Virus record (IMG/VR): IMGVR_UViG_3300032093_000733 | Coordinates: 1-26,139 of that record | Origin: a virus | Lineage: Duplodnaviria; Caudoviricetes | Strand: one strand, 5' to 3' | DNA: 26,139 nucleotides | Shown: one piece after another, positions 9,177 to 16,391 of the stretch | Numbering within the stretch: position 1 is the first letter of the stretch | Layout: each line of letters begins with the position of its first letter | Made by a program: the position numbers and the translations under genes | The notes under the pieces: model-generated | Databases searched by the model: none | Seen by the model: only the letters and a program-made list of their open reading frames with translations | Told to the model about the DNA's origin: nothing

Positions 9177-10940
9177 TTATGCTGCGCCAGTTATACCGGC
9201 TAGTAGTTGTGCTATATCGGGACGTTGACCAGCAGCAGGGGCCATACCACCTTGTTCTTGTGGAGGTTGCGCTGAGGCTGGGGCGGGGGCCGCACCTGCT
9301 GCTGGAACTTGAGGAGGCATACCTGCCATTGCCATCTCAGGCATAGCAGGAGCTGGAGGTGGAGGTTCTGGCGCAAACGCCTTTTCCACGATTGACTCTA
9401 ACGACAAACCTTTTTGACGACCCGCGATGACTTCAGCAATGCGAGTAACAGCCTGGGAAGGATCTTGACCTTGCGATGCCATCGCAGGGATGGTTTGAGC
9501 GTACTGAGCAACAGCGATACGTAAAGAGTCGCGTAACTCTTCGATATCAACTCGCTGTTCTTCTTGTGTAACATTGATCTCCACTGGTAGTTCACGGCGT
9601 ACATAGTCGCGGGAAACAAGTTTATCTGAACGCATTTGTAGTAATGCGATAACTGCACGGTTAGGGTCCATACCGGACATAATTCCGTAGCGTACATCTA
9701 CTCCGTACTCACCCTTGATGTCACGGGAAGGGATGTACTTGAGTGTGTAAGGTGTACCGTCATCGGTTCCCTTAATTGTTTTCTGGATAGATCCGAAGAT
9801 CTTCTCATCTACCTCAAAGCAAAGACCAATAAGATCTTCAAAGAGGCGTGCAAACTGTGCTTGTGCTGCCTTGATCTGTGTATCAAAGCCTGCCTGTAGT
9901 GCTTGTACACCACGTCCTGTAACAACGGAAGCGTTGATCTCACCAGAGCGTGATTCTGGATAACGAGCACCAAGACGTAGTTCACGCTCAAGGACACCGG
10001 ACTCAGTAAAGACTCCAGGTGGTAGATCTAGTCCTACACGACGGATGTTCTGCGGATTAGCAGAACGCATAATCGCATCAGGTCCGAGAGCAAGTTCTTG
10101 CACATCCTGTGGGATAGCAATAGGTGCTTGGATAGACTTTTCTGCTGCTTGGATCTGCAAGATAGCAAAGCGAGCACGAGCAAGTTGTACTGCTAGTACA
10201 TCATCAAACTGACCACGTGCCTGCTCATCAAGAGACGGACGGATATAGACACGTGCTAAACACTTACCAACTGGGTTAGGTACACGTGAGAGTACCAAGT
10301 TGTTGCGCTGTGGCAGATAGATGAGATCTTGGTCTGCATCGTGATAGCGCACGATAGTCATATATGGAGATCCTGGTTGGAAGTTATTCTTCTTCAGGAT
10401 CGCTTCTGCAAACTCTGGGTACTGTGCTGCGATTGTATCAGCATCAGATACGATCAACTGGCTAAGTGAGATCGTGCGACCAAAGCGGTCCATCTCTGGG
10501 TAGCAACCTGTTGGATCAAGTAGGCGCATACGAGGGTTGTTATCCTCATAGTCCATCTCTACCATACCGATAGTCATACCGTAGGTGTTATACCAGTCAG
10601 CGTTCTTGTAGTTCTGTAGTGAAAGGTTGGAATAAGATACGTAGTAGTTAGCGATACGAGTGCGGGTATCTGCTGCCTTACGCTGTGCATCAGAAACCAT
10701 ATTGTTTGCAGAGCAGTTAAAGGAAGGTAGAGGAGCACCGGCTTCAGCCAAGTCACGTGCTGCAACGTCAATGAAGTTAGCAACGAGTGGCTTTGGGTAA
10801 TCCTCGGAGAACATTGATGGGAATACTTTAGACAAGTCTCCCTGACGTACAGAAAGAACGTCGCGCATACGCTGATCGCGTGGAGCGTACTTGGTACGCA
10901 AACGCGCTAGCTTCGCGTCAATCTCTTTAACTGATAACAA
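9177..10940 (-). CDS. Portal (head-tail connector) protein, 587 aa
   Basis: Directly after terminase; size; P22/T7-like portal features (SRSGEINASVVTGRGVQALQ segment, Pro/Ala/Gln-rich C-tail); TTG start with AGGAG RBS. Confidence 0.8.
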   Translation of the reverse strand: MLSVKEIDAKLARLRTKYAPRDQRMRDVLSVRQGDLSKVFPSMFSEDYPKPLVANFIDVAARDLAEAGAPLPSFNCSANNMVSDAQRKAADTRTRIANYYVSYSNLSLQNYKNADWYNTYGMTIGMVEMDYEDNNPRMRLLDPTGCYPEMDRFGRTISLSQLIVSDADTIAAQYPEFAEAILKKNNFQPGSPYMTIVRYHDADQDLIYLPQRNNLVLSRVPNPVGKCLARVYIRPSLDEQARGQFDDVLAVQLARARFAILQIQAAEKSIQAPIAIPQDVQELALGPDAIMRSANPQNIRRVGLDLPPGVFTESGVLERELRLGARYPESRSGEINASVVTGRGVQALQAGFDTQIKAAQAQFARLFEDLIGLCFEVDEKIFGSIQKTIKGTDDGTPYTLKYIPSRDIKGEYGVDVRYGIMSGMDPNRAVIALLQMRSDKLVSRDYVRRELPVEINVTQEEQRVDIEELRDSLRIAVAQYAQTIPAMASQGQDPSQAVTRIAEVIAGRQKGLSLESIVEKAFAPEPPPPAPAMPEMAMAGMPPQVPAAGAAPAPASAQPPQEQGGMAPAAGQRPDIAQLLAGITGAA

Positions 10941-10949
10941 TGGAACTCC

Positions 10950-12809
10950 TTAGATGAATGTCTTGTTTTGCTCTGCGATAAGTTCATCTATGTTGACGAC
11001 TACTCGCTTGCCTAGTTCTCTCCTAGACAAAAATGGATTCTTCAAGTGATGGCTTGCATACTGACCATAGTTGAGCATCTCGCGTGCTCGGATCTCACAG
11101 AACCACAGGGCCATTACTAAGTCGGTCTTACCCTTAGTAGTGGGAGTCCACGTAATTAACTGCTCAATCAGTGCCTTGACGTTTTCAGTCTGGTCACTAG
11201 GTAGGTGGATCAAGTTATCTCGGTGATGCTTACCATCGGACTGCTTAGTTCCAAAGAGTGTAGCCATTGATGCAACACCGAAGCCTGCATCCCACTTGTT
11301 CTGACCTGTGTGGTGTTCTTTAAGTAGTACACCTCTAGTAGCAAGGTGCTGCCTAATTCCTTCATCTTGGGTAAGGAAGGCTTGGAAAGCGTTCTTCTCT
11401 ACTACCCATTCAGAAGGACTGTATAGCGAAGTCCAACTAAAGATCAGTTCGCGGATCTGTGCCGGAGACGGACCAGTGATCTTGATAGCATCAACAATGT
11501 AACGTTTATTGGAACTTCGATCAATAGCATAGCAGATCGCAGCAGTATCACCGACCATAGCAGGATCAAGACCACAGATAATACTAAAGCCAGAAAGATC
11601 TTTCGGATGACCTGGATAACCTGGTTCAAGACGACCTGACTTTCTCATCCCGTCAATAGAACCTTTAACACAGACGGGATCAAAAGCTGCGTTCTCAGAT
11701 ATATCTTGTTGCTGGTAGACCAACGCCCAGGTAGATGTATCCATCGCTTGGCGTTCGTTGTATAGGTTACGACCAGACCAACGTGGGTATAAACCTTCTT
11801 CGTTCTTATCGGCTTCTTCTTGCCCATCAAAGGGCATATCCGAATAAGGCCAAAGCGTAACCCACTTGTCAGGGTCCTCATCTGCTTCCAAAAGCGCCGG
11901 CATAGCCAAGTACTTCCAAGGAACTAGCCCACCAGGGTAGCGGTCCTCAGAGCGTAGCTCGCGGTAGAGATCTACCGAGGCCACACGGGTACCAATAACA
12001 ATCAATTTACCTGTAGGGTTCAAACGAGATCGCACGTCTTGGGTCAACCAGCGGATCTGCTTCTCAAACTCATTAGCGTTCTTTAATGTCACAGCGTCGT
12101 CTACGATAATCATATCTGCACGCTTACCGTAGATCTGACCACCGATACCGACGGCCTCGATGTTCGGGTCCTTTTCAGATGACTCACGGAGTTCATCACC
12201 GAAGGTAACACGGGTTGCCTGCCACGAAGCAGACTTAGAGTTAAACCCTACGCCAGCAGCATACGCAGTCTGTAACTCTTGGTACATTGGGTGCGTCAGA
12301 CGTTGCTTGATGGCGTAGAGAAAGTCGGCAGCTAACTGCTGCGTTTGGGAAACTATCAGTACTCGAAAGTTAGGATTCCTACATACCTGCCACGTCACGT
12401 AATCCACCGTAATTGTGATGGACTTGGCGTGGTTTGGCGGGATGTTGATAAGCACACGGTTTGAGGCCAACCCTGGTTCAAACTTCATAGAGGGGTGTAA
12501 CCACCCTGGTTCACGACCTTCAATCACATCTACGATGTTCTGCTGATGTGGGAAGGTACGGCTATGGAGGAACTGCTGGCGGAACTCTGGAAAGGTCATA
12601 TCGTGGACATCGGATGAGGCAAAGGACTTATCCTTCAAACCTAGCCGTGTCCGGTCAATCTTGTCTGCAAAGATCTTATCAGTGCGACGGTAATACTCGT
12701 AGGTCTTAATAGACTTACCTGCGCTGCCACAGGCAGCTTCAATGGTCATACCTTCTGAGACACAGCCTAGGATGATTCGCTTGGCGATGTCGGCGGAATT
12801 ATCTGCCAC
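10950..12809 (-). CDS. terL: Terminase large subunit with N-terminal HTH-like extension, 619 aa
   Basis: Walker A variant NIPPNHAKS, Walker B IIVDD, coupling motif IGTR, RNase H-like nuclease GLDPA..VVEKN..DLVMALW; GTG start with AAGGAG RBS. Confidence 0.9.
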   Translation of the reverse strand: MADNSADIAKRIILGCVSEGMTIEAACGSAGKSIKTYEYYRRTDKIFADKIDRTRLGLKDKSFASSDVHDMTFPEFRQQFLHSRTFPHQQNIVDVIEGREPGWLHPSMKFEPGLASNRVLINIPPNHAKSITITVDYVTWQVCRNPNFRVLIVSQTQQLAADFLYAIKQRLTHPMYQELQTAYAAGVGFNSKSASWQATRVTFGDELRESSEKDPNIEAVGIGGQIYGKRADMIIVDDAVTLKNANEFEKQIRWLTQDVRSRLNPTGKLIVIGTRVASVDLYRELRSEDRYPGGLVPWKYLAMPALLEADEDPDKWVTLWPYSDMPFDGQEEADKNEEGLYPRWSGRNLYNERQAMDTSTWALVYQQQDISENAAFDPVCVKGSIDGMRKSGRLEPGYPGHPKDLSGFSIICGLDPAMVGDTAAICYAIDRSSNKRYIVDAIKITGPSPAQIRELIFSWTSLYSPSEWVVEKNAFQAFLTQDEGIRQHLATRGVLLKEHHTGQNKWDAGFGVASMATLFGTKQSDGKHHRDNLIHLPSDQTENVKALIEQLITWTPTTKGKTDLVMALWFCEIRAREMLNYGQYASHHLKNPFLSRRELGKRVVVNIDELIAEQNKTFI

Positions 12810-12887
12810 GTAGTGTCTCCTTAAAGATTGTGGGAAACGGCACGGGCCGGAATCAGATTCTCTTATGGTGGGTTAAAGCGATTCGAT

Positions 12888-12921
12888 TTAGTGGTGGGCT
12901 AAATATAACTATCCCCACTAA
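12888..12921. other. Hairpin in the terminase leader
   Basis: TTAGTGG(T)GG-ctaaatataactat-CCCCACTAA inverted repeat. Confidence 0.45.
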
Positions 12922-12938
12922 AAGGTGCCGACAGCAAC

Positions 12939-13045
12939 GGGCTTAACGCCCGAGCGAAGCCACAGCGAGTGAGGGGTAAGTTGGAACTCGGCCTAGGGGC
13001 CTCGCCAGAGGACCGCGTAGGGGCTATCCACACTGCCGCCCCTAC
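12939..13045. other. Cluster of small GC-rich hairpins; candidate replication origin / primase signal
   Basis: GGGC-ttaac-GCCC; GAGC-gaagccaca-GCGAGT on plus; GAGGCC-ccta-GGCCGAGT on minus; GTAGGGGC..GCCCCTAC; adjacent AT-rich TATATATA. Confidence 0.35.
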
Positions 13046-13104
13046 TATATATAAGGCAGGAAAAAAAGGCCATTTCCTGTTTTTACGGTGTGACGTTGCT
13101 CACA
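13044..13104 (-). promoter_or_regulatory. Candidate leftward (terminase operon) promoter with CRP/GlxR-type site
   Basis: TGTGA-CGTTGC-TCACA at 13089-13104 matches the CRP consensus exactly; minus-strand TATAGT -10 at 13049-13044. Confidence 0.5.
13057..13084 (+). terminator. Terminator-like hairpin
   Basis: CAGGAAA-aaaaggcca-TTTCCTG followed by a T run. Confidence 0.35.
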
Positions 13105-13207
13105 TACTATAAAAGTCCTGTTCAGACGGGGTTTCACTTTAGCAAATATATTTTTCTGGGGAGTACAGGGACCGCCCGTGCTGGGATTCAATATGAGGGG
13201 TCTCGTT

Positions 13208-13260
13208 CTGCGCGGTCTGCGGTCTGCCCTGCATACTCTCGGTCTAGCCCTGCGGTCTAG
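13208..13260. repeat. Four copies of CGGTCT(G/AG)
   Basis: cggtctg at 13213 and 13220; cggtctag at 13240 and 13253. Confidence 0.65.
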
Positions 13261-13302
13261 CGTTGATGTCTAGTATTTTTTGAGGGGCTGACTACCGCTA
13301 CG

Positions 13303-13450
13303 GCTAACCCTTAACCCTTAACCCTTACCTAATTAAGTAACCGATACAGCTAACCCTTGCACCTGCTAACCCTTGCAAGGTCTAGCCCTACCCGCTAACA
13401 GCTAACAGCTACCCGCTAACAGCTACCCGCTAGCCTATTGCCTAGCCCTA
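13303..13450. repeat. Heptamer repeat arrays (TAACCCT x3 tandem; GCTAACCCTTGCA x2; CTACCCG/CTAACAG x6 tandem)
   Basis: TAACCCT at 13305, 13312, 13319; GCTAACCCTTGCA at 13349 and 13365; six contiguous heptamers at 13388-13429. Confidence 0.85.
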
Positions 13451-13513
13451 TAGCTGGCCTCTCTCCTATCCTTGCCAGCTTGCGACACGATAGAAAATAA
13501 TCTTGCTTAGGTC

Positions 13514-13543
13514 TTGTCTATGGGGTATAGGTAGGTATACACT
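13514..13543 (+). promoter_or_regulatory. Early sigma70/SigA-type promoter
   Basis: TTGTCT-18 bp-TACACT, A-rich tract upstream; leader hairpin TAGCGAG-atcaag-CTCGCTA (13549-13568) downstream. Confidence 0.6.
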
Positions 13544-13589
13544 CACACTAGCGAGATCAAGCTCGCTACCTAATGAGAGGCAAGAAAAA

Positions 13590-14096
13590 ATGACTACAGC
13601 TACAGCACTAGATCTAGACTCAATGACTACAGGCGAGGCTAAGCTCGTACTAGATAAGGTTATTAAGCAGATAGCAGAACAGACAGGCGAGATTCTAATT
13701 GCTAGTGATGATGTAAAAATTATCGCTTACGCAATAGAAAATAATTTACAGCTACGCGATTACCTTATGGGCTTAACTAGCGACGGGCTAAGCGTTGAGA
13801 GTGTGGCTAACATTTTGCGCGTAATGGTAGTTCTACTTAACAGCGCAGAATTGCCAGCCTATCCGGTCGAAACTGTTCTCGCTAGTTATAAGTACCGACT
13901 AGGAGACAGCGAGGCTGTTCTAATGCTCGCTAATGGTCTAGCCCGTAACTACTCACTAGCGCAATTATTGCAACGCGTTTTCAATGCTGGCTGGCCTGTT
14001 GAGTCATTTGAGAAAATGTCTAACGAGCTACACGCTAAAGTATTAGCAGAATTGACGCGTACTCAAGAACTAGCTGTAAATGAGGCTAACCGCTAA
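13590..14096 (+). CDS. DUF4192-family protein, 168 aa (first early gene)
   Basis: LQLRDYLM and LASYKYRLGD..NYSLAQLLQRVFNAGWP match the actinobacterial DUF4192 C-terminal pattern; start moved to ATG 13590 (GAGG RBS, downstream of the promoter). Confidence 0.7.
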   Translation: MTTATALDLDSMTTGEAKLVLDKVIKQIAEQTGEILIASDDVKIIAYAIENNLQLRDYLMGLTSDGLSVESVANILRVMVVLLNSAELPAYPVETVLASYKYRLGDSEAVLMLANGLARNYSLAQLLQRVFNAGWPVESFEKMSNELHAKVLAELTRTQELAVNEANR

Positions 14097-14227
14097 TGAG
14101 TGAGCTGTTCTACGCGCTTAGCGTATGGCTCGCGCTGGCTGGCTGTGTTCTTGCTGGCTGTGTTCTATGGGCTGTAATTGAGGCTGGCTACTTTATCTAT
14201 TGCAAGGTGCGCGGGATAGATTACTAG
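14096..14227 (+). CDS. Small membrane protein, 43 aa (MSELFYALSVWLALAGCVLAGCVLWAVIEAGYFIYCKVRGIDY)
   Basis: TAATG-coupled to the upstream stop; long hydrophobic segment. Confidence 0.65.
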   Translation: MSELFYALSVWLALAGCVLAGCVLWAVIEAGYFIYCKVRGIDY

Positions 14228-14285
14228 CTAGGGGCGTACTGTAGGGCTAGGGGAGAGATCTCCTAGCCTTACGGTCTGCAACTAG
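14228..14285 (+). promoter_or_regulatory. Long intergenic RNA hairpin, copy 1
   Basis: ACTGTAGGGCTAGGGGA-GAGA-TCTCCTAGCCTTACGGT; G-U pairs only work on the plus strand; GNRA loop. Confidence 0.7.
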
Positions 14286-14310
14286 GCAGAATTGAGAGAG
14301 AGGTAAGGCT

Positions 14311-14445
14311 ATGGCTACGACGCTACACCTAGGCGATTGCCTAAATAATTGCATAATCTGTGAGCACAGATATCACGACGGGCAAGAGGTCTGCGATACC
14401 TGCGGGAGAGATTTTAGATCTAAAACAGAATGGAGAATAGGCTAA
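14311..14445 (+). CDS. Zn-ribbon microprotein, 44 aa (MATTLHLGDCLNNCIICEHRYHDGQEVCDTCGRDFRSKTEWRIG)
   Basis: GAGGT RBS; CxxC..CxxC; TAATG-coupled to the next gene. Confidence 0.7.
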   Translation: MATTLHLGDCLNNCIICEHRYHDGQEVCDTCGRDFRSKTEWRIG

Positions 14446-14633
14446 TGAGCGAGAGAGTACAGCTAACGGCTACCCGCGACGGTAACGCCTACCTAGGCAA
14501 TTTCTACCGCGTTAGCGCGTGGAGAGGTAACAGCTACCTAGGGGAGAGGATCTACGCGGGCTATAGTAAGCGAGACAGCCTACGCCTAGCGCGGGAGATC
14601 ATAAGAGAGAGAGGCGAGCTATACGCTAGCTAA
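14445..14633 (+). CDS. Small basic hypothetical protein, 62 aa
   Basis: Start at the TAATG junction (14445); Arg/Tyr-rich. Confidence 0.65.
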   Translation: MSERVQLTATRDGNAYLGNFYRVSAWRGNSYLGERIYAGYSKRDSLRLAREIIRERGELYAS

Positions 14634-14664
14634 GGTCTGGCGTATAGGGTAGGCTAACCTAGAT

Positions 14665-14725
14665 CTGTTTATTATCTCTCACTCTCTCCTAGCTGTAGCG
14701 GGAGAGGGTGAGAGAGGGTAAATAG
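14665..14725 (+). promoter_or_regulatory. Long intergenic RNA hairpin (unrelated sequence, similar geometry)
   Basis: CTGTTTATT.TCTCTCACTCTCTCCT-loop-GGGAGAGGGTGAGAGA.GGTAAATAG, about 25 bp with G-U pairs. Confidence 0.7.
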
Positions 14726-14761
14726 CCCTAATTTGAGAAGAGGAAGAGGAAGAGGGCGAAA

Positions 14762-15256
14762 ATGTCTGCATTTATGGTGAACGAGGACACGCTAGATCTA
14801 TTGGCTAGCGTTGCGGTCTGGTCTAATCACGGGCTGTTTATCTATGCGAAAGAGGGAACACTACCGCCACGCGGTGAGCTTGAATATGCGGGAGAGGGCG
14901 AGAGTATCTACTACCGCGCTAGCCACTTAAAGAACATCAAGGAAGAACTACGGCTAGAAAATATAGCGAGTTTATGGGCGCGCTACCCTAACGACGGGGG
15001 AACTATGGCGGGAGAGGGCGCACCCTTTAAGGCTATTTACCGAGATCAGGCTACATTTAGCGAGGTGCTAGGCGCGCTAGCTTGCTACGAGTATCAGGCT
15101 TGCGAGAGTGAGAACTGGCCAAATAGTTATGCTCACCTATTATGCGTAGGGATTCGTAAAGCTATCTGTGGGCTTATATCTGACGGCCAATGGGAATACG
15201 AAAGACCGGCAGGGCAAGCACAGCGCGTTGATCTTATGGATATTTTAAGCGATTAA
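14762..15256 (+). CDS. Hypothetical early protein, 164 aa
   Basis: GAGGG RBS; motifs ENIASLWARY and LACYEYQACE..W look like a conserved phage family; function unknown. Confidence 0.75.
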   Translation: MSAFMVNEDTLDLLASVAVWSNHGLFIYAKEGTLPPRGELEYAGEGESIYYRASHLKNIKEELRLENIASLWARYPNDGGTMAGEGAPFKAIYRDQATFSEVLGALACYEYQACESENWPNSYAHLLCVGIRKAICGLISDGQWEYERPAGQAQRVDLMDILSD

Positions 15257-15257
15257 G

Positions 15258-15311
15258 TAGGCGCGTACTGTAGGGCTTAGGGTTATCTCTAAGCCTTGCG
15301 GTCTGTACCTA
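15258..15311 (+). promoter_or_regulatory. Long intergenic RNA hairpin, copy 2
   Basis: ACTGTAGGGCTTAGGG-TTAT-CTCTAAGCCTTGCGGT; homologous to 14228-14285 with pairing-preserving changes. Confidence 0.7.
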
Positions 15312-15368
15312 ACAGCTAGGGCAGACCTCACCCGTAAACGCGGGAGAGGGAGAGAGAGAGGGCAAGTA

Positions 15369-15524
15369 ATGACTAAAATTAAAATAGAATTTGAGTGCAA
15401 CGGTGACGCTAAAGAATTTTTTAACGGAATCATTCAAGATTACTATTACTCAGTAAAGAATAGTGAAGATAAAGAATTAGCAACGCAATATGAAACACTT
15501 AAATACAAGATAGAGGGAGAGTAA
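15369..15524 (+). CDS. Hypothetical microprotein, 51 aa (MTKIKIEFECNGDAKEFFNGIIQDYYYSVKNSEDKELATQYETLKYKIEGE)
   Basis: GAGGGCAAGTAATG start motif; TAATG-coupled to the next gene. Confidence 0.7.
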   Translation: MTKIKIEFECNGDAKEFFNGIIQDYYYSVKNSEDKELATQYETLKYKIEGE

Positions 15525-15733
15525 TGACTAAGGCAATAGACGCATCTAATGCGTACATAGATTTTGAAGAGGCGATAGGGCTAGAGGAATTGTATGCCCG
15601 TACCCTAGATCTCATCATTGAAATAGCCACCGAGGAAGAGGGCGAGTACGACGACAAGGAAGCCGTCATATACATTGAAAGACTTATTGGGTACGCTAAC
15701 CGATACGCTAAGGAAGAGGGAGAGGTTAAGTAA
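15524..15733 (+). CDS. Small acidic protein, 69 aa
   Basis: GAGGGAGAGTAATG start; 19 D/E versus 7 K/R by hand count. Confidence 0.75.
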   Translation: MTKAIDASNAYIDFEEAIGLEELYARTLDLIIEIATEEEGEYDDKEAVIYIERLIGYANRYAKEEGEVK

Positions 15734-15891
15734 TGACTGATGTAATGGAAGATGATTCAATTTCGTGGGGTGAGCTGGCAGAATTGACTCACGCCACGCA
15801 AGTAGAACGATTCGGGTGGTGCATATGCGAGGATACCGAAGATCAAGGGCAACTAGCTGATGATTGTCCAGTAGAGAAAGAGGGCAAGTAA
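15733..15891 (+). CDS. Small acidic Cys-containing protein, 52 aa (MTDVMEDDSISWGELAELTHATQVERFGWCICEDTEDQGQLADDCPVEKEGK)
   Basis: TAATG-coupled at both ends; H..CxC..C; 15 D/E. Confidence 0.7.
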   Translation: MTDVMEDDSISWGELAELTHATQVERFGWCICEDTEDQGQLADDCPVEKEGK

Positions 15892-16055
15892 TGAAAAGAT
15901 ATACATATAGCGTAGAGCAGATCATAAGAGTATCGGCTAACTCTGAGGAGGAGGCGAGAGAACTCTTGCCTATGTACCCTAGTGGCTTTGAGGGTCAAGC
16001 ATATTATGTAAAAGAGGAGATCATTGAATTGGTAAATGAATTGGAGATTAAGTAA
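15891..16055 (+). CDS. Hypothetical microprotein, 54 aa
   Basis: GAGGGCAAGTAATG start; VSANSEEEARE motif of the V-x-A-x-S-x-E-E-A type common in small phage early proteins. Confidence 0.7.
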   Translation: MKRYTYSVEQIIRVSANSEEEARELLPMYPSGFEGQAYYVKEEIIELVNELEIK

Positions 16056-16228
16056 TGAGAGTAGGAGAACTATCAGGAGAATTGCAAGCACCTAATAAGT
16101 GTTGCAACGACTATGATCTATGGGCAGATTGCGATAAAGAGGGTCATAGTGAGGGTTGCTTTGCAACCTATTGCGATAAGTGCGGAACTATTAACTATCG
16201 AGATTGCGAGGGAGAGAGTAATGAATAA
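16055..16228 (+). CDS. Cys-rich microprotein, 57 aa (MRVGELSGELQAPNKCCNDYDLWADCDKEGHSEGCFATYCDKCGTINYRDCEGESNE)
   Basis: TAATG-coupled; 7 Cys including CxxC; 8-bp overlap with the next gene. Confidence 0.65.
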   Translation: MRVGELSGELQAPNKCCNDYDLWADCDKEGHSEGCFATYCDKCGTINYRDCEGESNE

Positions 16229-16391
16229 AGAATACCTACAAGCTAAGGCAAATCTATGCTCAGAATTAGCGCAGGAGCAACTGACCAATGGAGACAATGA
16301 GAACGGGGTCAAGAACCTCAAGCGTATGATCCGTGCGCTGGAGGAGATCAACCTTATCAACTACCTAGAAGAGAGAAGAGGGCGAGAGTGA
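16221..16391 (+). CDS. Hypothetical helical protein, 56 aa
   Basis: Start moved to ATG 16221 after GAGGGAGAGAGTA. Confidence 0.65.
   Translation: MNKEYLQAKANLCSELAQEQLTNGDNENGVKNLKRMIRALEEINLINYLEERRGRE

Noticed and set aside
178-11881. Short alternative-frame and antisense ORFs inside the structural genes (e.g. 293-544, 2155-2505, 8444-8755, 9074-9346)
   Set aside because: Wholly or largely overlap long genes; no RBS or recognisable motifs; shadow ORFs.
13303-13450. CRISPR array or eukaryotic telomere contamination
   Set aside because: Units are 7 bp with no spacers. The repeat is TTAAGGG rather than TTAGGG, short, and embedded in coherent phage sequence of the same local composition.
13503-13589. 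ORF-track upstream starts (13503; also 14430, 15864, 16113, 16437, 18535, 19889, 21768, 22112, 22314, 25521)
   Set aside because: Extensions run through promoters or neighbouring genes; downstream starts have RBSs or translational coupling.
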